Made by a program: the position numbers and the translations under genes. From positions 268,731 through 332,730 of the IMG/VR virus record IMGVR_UViG_3300024999_000030: 64,000 nt of DNA; one strand, 5' to 3'. This document shows positions 18,061 through 27,173 of this stretch, piece after piece. Below the pieces are notes generated by a model. That model was not told the DNA's origin. It saw nothing but the letters and a program-made list of their open reading frames with translations, and ran no database searches. Positions within the stretch are counted from its first letter, which is position 1, and each line of letters starts with the position of its first letter.

Positions 18061-21000
18061 AACCGCCCAGGCGGGATTAAATCAAGCTGTATTTAATATG
18101 GTAGCAGCCGCCACTGATGCAGGATTTAATGCACCAATCTATTTAGCTGGTGGTGCCGCTAGAGATATCATTCTTGGAAAGTCTCCTAATGACCTAGATG
18201 TTATGATAGAAAAAGAAAATGGAGCTGAAGAATTTGGAAAAATTTATTTAAACTATTGTGAAAAAAATAACATTAAAGTTTCTACTCCAGGTAAAGCTGT
18301 GGGTGCTAATTTTGGTGTATATAAATTTAGGCACGATGGTTTAGAATTAGATTTTGCTACTTCGCGTACCGATACTTATACTGAAGATTCTAGGAAGCCT
18401 ACAGTTGAATCTGCAAGCCTTAATGAAGATGCGGAGAGAAGAGACTTCAGTATTAATGCTATGTATGTTTGTATATACGGCACTCCCTCTGTTCAACCAG
18501 ATGACAAGGTTGATATTGGAGGAAGAGAGTTTGGAGTTTATGACCCAACTCATAAAGGAATTAAAGATTTAAAAAATGGAGTTATTAGTTTTGTAAATGA
18601 TGATCATGATTTTACTTTAAGCGAGGACCCCATTAGGGCTCTTAGGGCAGTAAAATTTTCTGGTAGAAAGTTTGGAGAAAAAACTTTTACAATTGAACCA
18701 GAGACATCTAAAAGTATTAAAGATTTTTTAAATTCAGAAAAAGGTAAAGAGCTATATCTTAAAAAGGTTAAACCGGAGAGGCCCTGGAAAGAATTAAAAG
18801 ATATTCTAACTGCTCAGAATTTAAAAGAAGCTATGAAACAGTTTAAGGAAACTGGAGTCAGGGACTTTATTTTTGATTTACCAAAAGAAGAATTTAATAG
18901 TTGGGACATGGATCAACTTAACAAACATCATAATCTTAATTTATATGATCACACAATCTTTGCTATGGAAAATCTTGGAGAAGGACTTCATACTATGGGG
19001 GAAAATGGCCTTCCCATTTCCAAAGACACTGAAGCCACTATACAACTAGCAATGTTATTACATGATGTGGGAAAAAGACATAAAGAATTTAAACCTAGAG
19101 AAGATGGAACAGTTAAATATTTAAAGCATGAAAATAAATCTACAGATGTTTTAAAAAAATATGTTTGGCCGAAGCTGGCACAGTTACCACCAAAAACTCA
19201 AGAGATTGTTAATTACTTTGTGAAGAGTCATATGGATTTTCATAAGTATCCCAAGAAGGATGAGGGAGATATTAGATTTTTAAAGCAGATGATTTATAAT
19301 CTATTGCCTAAAACTTTTGGTGGTTCTCTTGGAGCAGATAAAGAAAAACAGATGGAGATAATGTCTTATGTTGTGAGTTTCTTTGGTAGCGCAGATTCTT
19401 CTGCAAAACAATTAGAGGATGAAGAAAAAAATAAACTAACAAAAGACTACGAAGACTTTGGTAATAGACTTAGATTGTCTAAACCAAGGAACCTTTTGTT
19501 TAATGTTGCTGCTCCAATCATCAAAGAAATATTGACTAATCATGGAGTTCAAATTTATAATAGTGCAATCGGATCTATATATGAATACTTAAATGTTTAT
19601 ATTATTAACGTTTCAGAAGAACCAAAAGATATAATTCAATTTGTATCTAAGCAGACAGAACAAATTCTAACCAATGTAAAAAATTTTGTTAAAGAATTTA
19701 TAAATGAGCATGAAGGAACAAATGAACAAGAGGCGCTTGATAAATATCTTGCCAATGCTCATAAGTTTTCTGGATCAATTAAACATAGGTTTAAAAAAGA
19801 TGCAATCTTTGAAGTGTTGTCGGATTTATATAAAGATAAAAAAATAAATGGAGATGTAAAAATGCCTAAGCTCGTTATTGCTAAATATAAATCTAAAAAG
19901 AAACTCGATACCGGTACAGTTGTATATGAGTATGGAGAAGCCGATAAAAAGAAACGAGCTAAAAAAAAGGCACGTCAAGTGAGAAAGGTGTTTCAAAATA
20001 TTAATAAAATTAAAAAATCTTTTGAAAAAGATCTAAAGTCCGATGATAAAAAAATACAAATGACGGCTTTAGCTGTGGGAATTATTTATCATATTTATGA
20101 GCGGGTAGGCGATAGAGCTAATGTAGGAACAGGCGTTACTTCATTTAGAAAGAAACATATTACAGTAAAAGGAAATAAAGTACAGTTTAAATATGTGGGA
20201 AAATCACATATGAAACAAGATAAAACATTAACAGATTCAACTATAGCCAAAATCATTAAGGAGAATTTAGAAGGTAAAAGTAGTAATGCATATCTGTTTG
20301 ACTATACAGATGAAAATGGTAAAAAATTTGATGTATATTCCAGTGACATTAATGAATATCTTAAATCTTTTAACATTACCGCTAAAGATTTAAGGGCCCA
20401 CGCAGCTAATGATATTTTAATTGCTAAACTTAAATCAGCTGGAAAAGCTAAAGGTGAATCTCCAGAAGAAAAAGAAAAATGGCGTAAAGAAAAACTCAAA
20501 GAATTAATTGAAGAAACAGCTGATGAAATTGGTCATACTCCCGGCATTTGCAAATCATCATATATAGACCCATCTCTTATGGATGAATATATAGCCAGTG
20601 GTAAAATTATTAAATTAGCTGCTGATTTTGATTTGACAGTAATAATTAAACTTGCGGATATTTCTGTTAATCCAAAGATTAAAGAGTTAATGGATAGAGA
20701 ATTCACACCAGAAGAACAATCAATCATTTCAAATCCACATGATGTAAGATCTACAATTAATGATGAAGTGTTCTTACAGGCCTTAAGTAAAGCTAAACAA
20801 CAAGGAACTTTATCTGGTTTATTAGAAATAGTAGAAGATAATGACCCTTCTGCTTTTGGAGTTACCCCGGTTATAGTTGGTGGTAAAGCTATTCCCATTA
20901 TTGGGCTCAATGTTAATAAAATTAAAGAAGAGGCAGCCCAGAAAGGTAAATCGATTGAAGAGGTGTTGTCAGAACAGGTTAAACAATTTTTAGGAGTCAT

Positions 21001-21565
21001 GGCCCATGAGAAAGAACATGTCGAAGGCAAAGGTGAACCTGAAGCTGAAAGAGTACAAAAAGATGAAGTGTCTAAACAAACTTCTCAAGAAGGGTCATCA
21101 TCTAAGCTAACAATGGGCTCTCTTAAGTTGGCATCTACAGATAAATCTCTTTTTCAAAAACTTGGTATTAGAGATATTAGTAATGATACCTTATTAAAAG
21201 TATCCAATAATGTTTTAAAAATTCTTGGAATCCCAAATACCAATCTTAATATAGGACTATTGTCTCTTGGGTATCTTGTTATGCTTGGTAATCACCCCTA
21301 TAGGTCAGAATGGAATATTAGACAAGCTACGGGTTTATCTGAACCAATTAATATTAAGGAAGCACAGACCCTATATAATATTTTAGATAACGCAATAGAT
21401 GAGAAACCTATTGAAGAAGATAAGGCAAAAGAATATTATTCTTTTTCCGATGAAGATAAAATGAATCTAGGTGAACTACAATCACTTAAGTGGGAATCTG
21501 AACCATCCTATGCGGCTGGAACAGGTATGGGATTTTATCCTCAAACACATCCTTTTAATTACTAA
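18035..21565 (+). CDS. Multidomain protein: CCA-adding tRNA nucleotidyltransferase + HD domain + type IB topoisomerase + HExxH segment
   Basis: LAGGAARD...DLD, DFATSRTDTY...SRKP, EDAERRDFSINA, EDPIRALRAVKF; HD domain DHT...LLHDVGK...HE; Topo IB motifs ERVG, VGKS, AKDLR, GHTPGICKSSYIDP; AHEKEH. A GGAG RBS favours the start at 18035. Confidence 0.9.
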   Translation: MKLPLFLHKTAQAGLNQAVFNMVAAATDAGFNAPIYLAGGAARDIILGKSPNDLDVMIEKENGAEEFGKIYLNYCEKNNIKVSTPGKAVGANFGVYKFRHDGLELDFATSRTDTYTEDSRKPTVESASLNEDAERRDFSINAMYVCIYGTPSVQPDDKVDIGGREFGVYDPTHKGIKDLKNGVISFVNDDHDFTLSEDPIRALRAVKFSGRKFGEKTFTIEPETSKSIKDFLNSEKGKELYLKKVKPERPWKELKDILTAQNLKEAMKQFKETGVRDFIFDLPKEEFNSWDMDQLNKHHNLNLYDHTIFAMENLGEGLHTMGENGLPISKDTEATIQLAMLLHDVGKRHKEFKPREDGTVKYLKHENKSTDVLKKYVWPKLAQLPPKTQEIVNYFVKSHMDFHKYPKKDEGDIRFLKQMIYNLLPKTFGGSLGADKEKQMEIMSYVVSFFGSADSSAKQLEDEEKNKLTKDYEDFGNRLRLSKPRNLLFNVAAPIIKEILTNHGVQIYNSAIGSIYEYLNVYIINVSEEPKDIIQFVSKQTEQILTNVKNFVKEFINEHEGTNEQEALDKYLANAHKFSGSIKHRFKKDAIFEVLSDLYKDKKINGDVKMPKLVIAKYKSKKKLDTGTVVYEYGEADKKKRAKKKARQVRKVFQNINKIKKSFEKDLKSDDKKIQMTALAVGIIYHIYERVGDRANVGTGVTSFRKKHITVKGNKVQFKYVGKSHMKQDKTLTDSTIAKIIKENLEGKSSNAYLFDYTDENGKKFDVYSSDINEYLKSFNITAKDLRAHAANDILIAKLKSAGKAKGESPEEKEKWRKEKLKELIEETADEIGHTPGICKSSYIDPSLMDEYIASGKIIKLAADFDLTVIIKLADISVNPKIKELMDREFTPEEQSIISNPHDVRSTINDEVFLQALSKAKQQGTLSGLLEIVEDNDPSAFGVTPVIVGGKAIPIIGLNVNKIKEEAAQKGKSIEEVLSEQVKQFLGVMAHEKEHVEGKGEPEAERVQKDEVSKQTSQEGSSSKLTMGSLKLASTDKSLFQKLGIRDISNDTLLKVSNNVLKILGIPNTNLNIGLLSLGYLVMLGNHPYRSEWNIRQATGLSEPINIKEAQTLYNILDNAIDEKPIEEDKAKEYYSFSDEDKMNLGELQSLKWESEPSYAAGTGMGFYPQTHPFNY

Positions 21566-21571
21566 TTATAT

Positions 21572-21612
21572 AAGTCAACACCATGTATGCTATTTATGGT
21601 GTTGACTTTTTC
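21572..21612 (+). terminator. 13-bp perfect inverted repeat plus U-tract, overlapping the next promoter's -35
   Basis: AAGTCAACACCAT (21572-21584) / ATGGTGTTGACTT (21596-21608), 11-nt loop, running into TTTTT, just after the 21565 stop. Confidence 0.65.
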
Positions 21613-21630
21613 TATTATAATAATTATATT
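21602..21630 (+). promoter_or_regulatory. Sigma-70-type promoter TTGACT-N17-TATATT
   Basis: TTGACT 21602-21607, TATATT 21625-21630. Confidence 0.85.
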
Positions 21631-21651
21631 TATCTTAGACGGGAGGAAAGA

Positions 21652-22002
21652 ATGAATAAACTTATTTGTAGGGGTGGTAAAACCTCTAATGTGGCTTTAG
21701 TAGCTGATGATATTCCTTATGGAAACTTAATTGATTTTAAGTGGACTATTTCCGTAGCTGATCAATATTCTAATTTTTTTGCTCAAGCAGAAAATAATCA
21801 AGATAGTGCTCCATACGTATGGATTGAAGGTCCCAATTGTGAATTAGAATATGAAAGTACCCATGGCCTATGGAAGGTTGTTAGTAATGGAACACCAGCG
21901 GGTACAGCAGTATATTTCAATGGGTCTAAATTAGATAACATGTTAATTCAAGTTTTAATTGTAGCGTACGGATTGTCAGCTGAGGTATCTCCTGGGTCTT
22001 AA
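21652..22002 (+). CDS. Hypothetical protein (beta-rich)
   Basis: GGGAGG RBS and the promoter position give a start at 21652 (MNKLICRGG...), not 21583. Confidence 0.75.
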   Translation: MNKLICRGGKTSNVALVADDIPYGNLIDFKWTISVADQYSNFFAQAENNQDSAPYVWIEGPNCELEYESTHGLWKVVSNGTPAGTAVYFNGSKLDNMLIQVLIVAYGLSAEVSPGS

Positions 22003-22031
22003 TGAATTCATTTTAATAATAGAGGATAGTC

Positions 22032-22316
22032 ATGCCAATTTATGAGTTTGAATGTCAACACTGTCACGAAGTAACAGAAAAAATTTGTTCTTACACGGAG
22101 GCTTCATCTATGGAAGGGGCCCCCTGTGAAAAATGTTTGGAAGGACAAATAAAAAAGAAAGCTAGTGTGCCAGCATTAAAATTTGTTGGTGGTGGCTTTT
22201 ATGAAACGGAATACGCAAGAAAAGATAGAGAGAATGCTAGAATAAGAAAAGACTTAGATACCGCCAGAGTCAATATTGACGAACAGGAAAGAGAAAAGAA
22301 AAAGAAATTAGGGTGA
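22032..22316 (+). CDS. FmdB-family zinc-ribbon protein
   Basis: MPIYEFECQHC...CEKC...FVGGGFYETEY. Confidence 0.85.
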   Translation: MPIYEFECQHCHEVTEKICSYTEASSMEGAPCEKCLEGQIKKKASVPALKFVGGGFYETEYARKDRENARIRKDLDTARVNIDEQEREKKKKLG

Positions 22317-22364
22317 TAATCTAGGAAGATTAATAAAACAAAATATTGATACAGGAGAGTAATT

Positions 22365-23648
22365 ATGAATGTAATGCACCACGCTATGGCTCAGCCCCAT
22401 AAGGTAATTGTAGTAATGGACGACAAGGAAGTTAAGACAGCCATCCATGATTTTTGGGCAGTTAATGGGGCCACTCTAATGAAAGACACCCCTGGCTCAT
22501 GGACCAAAGCTACTGCCTTGAGGGAATATTTGGAAAAACAAAAGGGCAGTAAATTATATTGGGACATGATGTGGGAGTGGATTAGTGATGGTATTAAGAA
22601 AGTACCATTGAAGGTTTATAGAATTTCATCTGTTAGTGTGGACAAATGGGACGAAAAGACTGGAGCAATTCTTTCTGTTGTTGTCGACATAATTCCCAAA
22701 GTAAAACTTGGAGACTATAAAAATATTAAGTTACAGATGCCATCATTTAAAGCCCAACCCAAAGAGGTTGAAGGACAAATCCTGTTAGCGCTTAATCATT
22801 CACCGTTAGCTACTACCGAACAACTTCATAAGGTAATTGAAGCTGGAGACACAGTAGAGATGTCTTACTCTTTAACTAGAGTGGACAACAATGAAGTGCT
22901 TCAAACTAATGTTCGTGATATGGTCCATCTTAGTTCAGGCGCATATGCACCACAATTTGTTTCCGCTATTATTGGGGAGTCTGCTCCAGATAAATTCAAT
23001 AAAACTATTATTTTTCCTGAAGACTATATTCACGAATCTTTACGTGGAGTAGAGGTTAATCTTCAAGTAGAGACCACTGGAGTAATAAAACGTACACTAC
23101 CCACTGAGGAAGCTGAAGCAGTTAGAGAGGGGATGTCGCTGGAAGATTGGCGAGCTAGGTTTGTTATGGAGATTGAAAAAAATAAAAAAGAGACATTTGA
23201 AATTAAAAAAAGAGATTTTATTAGAGCAGAAGCAGAAAAAATTCTGTTAGCTACTTCTGAAATAGATCCAATTCCAGATAGTATGGTAGAGTCAGAAGCG
23301 GAGGCCCTTATGCAAAATCTAGCTAAATCTAAAAATATGACAGTAGATGAATATGCAGCAGAGATGAAGGTGAGTAAAGAATCTTTGTTTGCGGAGCTAG
23401 CATATCTAGCTGTAAGGCGACTTATGGTTAGGTTTGTTGTGGATGCTATCTGTGAAATGGAAGATTTTAAAGCAGATGAAAATAAGACTGAAGAATTTTT
23501 AATTAAATATGCAGCCGAAGCTGGCGAATCAGTAGAAAAAATAAAGACAGATGTTGGAGAAAAAGATATTTCTTTCTTAGTTAAATCTTATATGGTAGAT
23601 GAATTTATTAATCAACATGTGGTTCTAGTGGAACCATCAGTTAGTTGA
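22365..23648 (+). CDS. tig: Trigger factor-like chaperone (divergent)
   Basis: About 427 aa three-domain layout: PKVKLGDYKNIK, FKBP-like IEAGDTVEMSY...APQFVSAIIG...FPEDY...LRG, and C-domain IPDSMVESE...AVRRLMVRFVVDAI. The GFRxG ribosome-binding signature is not recognisable. Confidence 0.82.
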   Translation: MNVMHHAMAQPHKVIVVMDDKEVKTAIHDFWAVNGATLMKDTPGSWTKATALREYLEKQKGSKLYWDMMWEWISDGIKKVPLKVYRISSVSVDKWDEKTGAILSVVVDIIPKVKLGDYKNIKLQMPSFKAQPKEVEGQILLALNHSPLATTEQLHKVIEAGDTVEMSYSLTRVDNNEVLQTNVRDMVHLSSGAYAPQFVSAIIGESAPDKFNKTIIFPEDYIHESLRGVEVNLQVETTGVIKRTLPTEEAEAVREGMSLEDWRARFVMEIEKNKKETFEIKKRDFIRAEAEKILLATSEIDPIPDSMVESEAEALMQNLAKSKNMTVDEYAAEMKVSKESLFAELAYLAVRRLMVRFVVDAICEMEDFKADENKTEEFLIKYAAEAGESVEKIKTDVGEKDISFLVKSYMVDEFINQHVVLVEPSVS

Positions 23649-23655
23649 TTCTTTA

Positions 23656-23684
23656 TTGACTTCTGACATAAAACTATTTATATT
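23656..23684 (+). promoter_or_regulatory. Sigma-70-type promoter TTGACT-N17-TATATT
   Basis: TTGACT 23656-23661, TATATT 23679-23684. Confidence 0.85.
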
Positions 23685-23710
23685 GTAACTGAATGGAGGC
23701 GTAGATGTAG

Positions 23711-24610
23711 ATGTTTGCAAACTTACATACTCATACCGATTATTCTGTATTAGATGGAATGATGACGGTAGATAAGGCTTTTGAAAAAGCCAAGCAGAAT
23801 GGATACTCCGCTCTAGCAATTACAGAACACGCAAATATGGCGTCTTTATTTGTTGCTTTAAAGGCGGCTGAAAAATATGATGTAAAATTTATTCCTGGTA
23901 TAGAATTTAATTTTGCAGATGACACGGGCGACGAGAAGGAATATCATCTCGTCGCTTTAGCTTCAACCCACAATGGACTTAAGTCTATTATGAAAGTTTC
24001 CTATGGGGCTTATTTTAAAGACTATAAGAATCCATATATCACATGGCAAGATCTAGATGAACTAGATAAAGATGGGGTATATCTTTTATCTGGATGTGAG
24101 GCAGGACTATTAGCAAGAAAAGCTTTATTTTTTGGCTCTTCTCGCGGAGGCCAAGTGTTAGATAGATTTTCATCTATGTTTGGTGATAGGTTCTTTGTTG
24201 AATTAAATGCCCCTTACAATGATAGGCAAAAAGATATCAATAGTATTTTATTAGATTTATCTAAACAAAAAAGTGTTCCAGCAATTATGACATTAGATAG
24301 TCATTATGCTAATGAAGCTGATGCGGAATTATTTCCAGTTTTTCAAGCAGTTCAATCTAAACGCACTATCTTTGATAAAGATAAATTTTACGATAGAAGT
24401 TCTTTAATCTCTGAGTCAGCGTTAAGAAATATGTGCGAGTCAGAATTTTCTTCCTCTATAGATAACGCCGCCGTATTAGCTTCTAGATGTCAGGACCCTA
24501 GGGAATATTTAAAAATTAGTGGCTCCTTTCTTATGCCAAAATTTGATGTGAGTTCAACGGACGACTATGAAGGATTTAAGAAGTGGAGGAAGGAAAACTA
24601 TGGAGTATAA
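23711..24610 (+). CDS. dnaE: DNA polymerase III alpha, N-terminal PHP domain (separate gene)
   Basis: FANLHTHTDYSVLDG, ALAITEH, FIPGIE, YHLVALA, LLSGC, DSHY, ending at the LMPKF linker. Confidence 0.9.
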   Translation: MFANLHTHTDYSVLDGMMTVDKAFEKAKQNGYSALAITEHANMASLFVALKAAEKYDVKFIPGIEFNFADDTGDEKEYHLVALASTHNGLKSIMKVSYGAYFKDYKNPYITWQDLDELDKDGVYLLSGCEAGLLARKALFFGSSRGGQVLDRFSSMFGDRFFVELNAPYNDRQKDINSILLDLSKQKSVPAIMTLDSHYANEADAELFPVFQAVQSKRTIFDKDKFYDRSSLISESALRNMCESEFSSSIDNAAVLASRCQDPREYLKISGSFLMPKFDVSSTDDYEGFKKWRKENYGV

Positions 24611-27122
24611 TGAAAGTCATGAATATTTGACTTATCTATGTGTGAAGGGTTGGGATAAAAAACTAGTTCCCTTAAACTTATCTGAAAATAAAAACATAGA
24701 ATATGCACAAAGACTTAAGCATGAATTACAAATGATTAATATGGCTAACTTAGATGATTATTTTTTAATTGTTTATGATATCATGAGATATTGTGATGAA
24801 CAAGGAATTCAAAGGGGACCCGGGAGAGGGAGTTCAGGAGGATGTTTAGTCGCATATCTAACCAATATTACTCATGTAGATAGTATAAAATATGAATGTT
24901 TGTTTTCTAGGTTCTTTAATATTGGTAGACTTCAAACGGGAAATCTTGCAGATATCGATGTGGATATTGATCCTAGATATATTAATGATGTAATTGGATA
25001 TATTAAAAATAAATATGGAGCAGATAAAGTCGCTGCCATTTCCACTGTTGTAAAGCTATTTGGTAAGTCTGCAATTAAAGATGTGTCCAGAGCGCTGGCA
25101 ATTGGAGAAAACGGAACAGGTAAAGCCGAAAACAAGAAAGAGATATTCTCTTTAAGTAATCGTATTACTTCTTTCTTTCCTGATGATCCTAAAGCTACGG
25201 TGGCATCATCCGTATCAACATCCAGTGAGCTTAAGAAATATCAAGAACAGTTTCCAGAACTTTTCGATAAAGCTATTAAATTGGAGGGATTGGTTCGCTC
25301 CAACTCTATTCATGCATGTGGGATGACTATTTCTAGTGTACCCTTAATTGAACATCTACCTATGAAACTTTGTAAAATTAAAGGCGATGAAGATTCAGAG
25401 GAAGAAGATAATAGTTATGGTCAACAGGTACAACTCCGAGAAGTTGTAGACGTGGACATGAAGGTATTAGAGTCTAGGAAATTTTTGAAGTTTGACTTTC
25501 TTAAATTAAAAACTTTGTCCGTGGTTAGAGACACCTTAGATATGATTAAACAAAATCATGACGTTGATATAAAGCTTCAAGATATTAACCTTGAAGATGA
25601 AAAAGTATATGAATATATGTGGAAGGCTCCTAATTTATTAGGTATTTTCCAGTTTGAAAGCTCTGGAATGAGAGATTTAGTCAGAGCAGTAAAACCTAGA
25701 AGTATTGAAGAGTTGGCGCACTGTAATGCTTTATATCGCCCAGGCCCAATCGATTCTGGTATATTAGCTCAGTATATTAAAAGACGACAGGGCAGAGAGA
25801 TGATAGCATATGATCACGTAGCTCTTAAACCTATATTAGAAAATACATATGGGCTACCGGTGTTTCAAGAGCAAAATATGAAGATTGCTCAAACTATCGC
25901 GGGCTTTTCAGAACAAGAAGCTGACATTTTAAGAGCAGCTATGGGTAAAAAAGATAAAGATAAAATGGCCTCTCTTCAATCTAAATTTTTAGATGGGGCT
26001 GCATCCAAGGGATATAATAGGGACTTAGCGGAATATCTATTTGATGCTATTGAAAAATCCAGTAGATATGCATTTAATAAACCACACTCTGTGGCATATT
26101 CTATTATGGCTTATTATACCCTATGGCTTAAATTTTATTATCCTACTGAATTTATTACTGCCAGTATTAATAATGAAAAAGATTGGGAAAAGATTTCTTT
26201 ATTTGTTTTTGACGCACAAGAACATAATATTAAAGTTCTTCCAGTGGATGTATCTAAATCTCAAATTGAATACACCGTTGCAGGTGATAAACAAATTCTT
26301 ACAGGCTTTAAATCTATTAAGGGAGTGGGGGCAATAGCTCCTCAGATTATCGTCGCCCGTGCCCCATACGTAGATTTTGTTGATTTTTTAATTAGAACCC
26401 ATGAGAAGGGTTCTAAGGTAAGCAGTGCAGTTGTTGATGCAGCTAATGCGGTAGGTGGATTTGAGTCTTTAGGTTTAAACAGGGCTACAGTAGAAGCTCA
26501 TTATGATAAAGTAGCAAGCCTACTTAGGGTTGAATATTTAACTAAGGAAAATAAAATTACGGAGATGGTGACAAAATACACTAAAGGCAATGAAACTATT
26601 GATATAGTGAAAGTTGTACAAGAATTAATTTCTAATTCCCCCACAGTTAGTTATGAGTTCGATAAGAGGCAAATGAGATATATTACTAAGGCTCTTTCCG
26701 CTGTATATCCAGAGAAGAAAGATACTGTGTCTGGAGTCCCTATCGAAGACCTACCAGATTGGCCTATGCTCAAAAAATGTAAACTTGAAAAAGCATACCT
26801 TGGATATTTTGTAAGTGGCCACCCCACTAAAGACGTTGCTATAAAACCCAAGAATCACCTTGGCTATGTGAGTAGTATGAATAACGGCGATAAAGTTGAA
26901 ATCGTTGTTTTTATAGAAAGATTAGTAGTAGATAAAATTGTGTCTGGTGGCAAAAGAATGTGTAAGTTTGAAATTTCAGACGCCAGTGGCTCTACAGACT
27001 TAGCGGTGTTTATGAAATCTCATGAGATGTGTCCGATTATAGTTGGGTCAGTATGTCATCTTTTATGTGCGGTCAACGTATTTAACGGCAGAACCTCACT
27101 ACAGTTTGTAAAGGTTTTATAG
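24600..27122 (+). CDS. dnaE: DNA polymerase III alpha catalytic part (palm/thumb/fingers/HhH/OB)
   Basis: GPGRGSSGGCLVAY, LADIDVDID, HACG, KFDFLKLKTL, GIFQFES, ALYRPGP, YAFNKPHS, LGYFVSGHP. GGAGG RBS before ATG 24600. Confidence 0.93.
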   Translation: MEYNESHEYLTYLCVKGWDKKLVPLNLSENKNIEYAQRLKHELQMINMANLDDYFLIVYDIMRYCDEQGIQRGPGRGSSGGCLVAYLTNITHVDSIKYECLFSRFFNIGRLQTGNLADIDVDIDPRYINDVIGYIKNKYGADKVAAISTVVKLFGKSAIKDVSRALAIGENGTGKAENKKEIFSLSNRITSFFPDDPKATVASSVSTSSELKKYQEQFPELFDKAIKLEGLVRSNSIHACGMTISSVPLIEHLPMKLCKIKGDEDSEEEDNSYGQQVQLREVVDVDMKVLESRKFLKFDFLKLKTLSVVRDTLDMIKQNHDVDIKLQDINLEDEKVYEYMWKAPNLLGIFQFESSGMRDLVRAVKPRSIEELAHCNALYRPGPIDSGILAQYIKRRQGREMIAYDHVALKPILENTYGLPVFQEQNMKIAQTIAGFSEQEADILRAAMGKKDKDKMASLQSKFLDGAASKGYNRDLAEYLFDAIEKSSRYAFNKPHSVAYSIMAYYTLWLKFYYPTEFITASINNEKDWEKISLFVFDAQEHNIKVLPVDVSKSQIEYTVAGDKQILTGFKSIKGVGAIAPQIIVARAPYVDFVDFLIRTHEKGSKVSSAVVDAANAVGGFESLGLNRATVEAHYDKVASLLRVEYLTKENKITEMVTKYTKGNETIDIVKVVQELISNSPTVSYEFDKRQMRYITKALSAVYPEKKDTVSGVPIEDLPDWPMLKKCKLEKAYLGYFVSGHPTKDVAIKPKNHLGYVSSMNNGDKVEIVVFIERLVVDKIVSGGKRMCKFEISDASGSTDLAVFMKSHEMCPIIVGSVCHLLCAVNVFNGRTSLQFVKVL

Positions 27123-27123
27123 G

Positions 27124-27152
27124 TTGACTTTTAGAATACTTTGAGCTATATT
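27124..27152 (+). promoter_or_regulatory. Sigma-70-type promoter TTGACT-N17-TATATT
   Basis: TTGACT 27124-27129, TATATT 27147-27152. Confidence 0.85.
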
Positions 27153-27173
27153 GTTATAGGATGAGAGGTATAA

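Noticed and set aside
21550-21578. Mirror-image TTGACT on the minus strand as a divergent promoter
   Set aside because: The position 17 nt away reads AAAGGA, not a -10. It is simply the 5' arm of the hairpin.
22001-22012. Palindrome AATGAATTCATT
   Set aside because: Single, AT-rich and not repeated in other gaps. Compatible with chance.
24567-24610. dnaE break as a sequencing frameshift or pseudogene
   Set aside because: The second part has its own GGAGG RBS and ATG, the break falls at a domain boundary, and both halves keep their catalytic motifs. Reads would be needed to exclude it completely.
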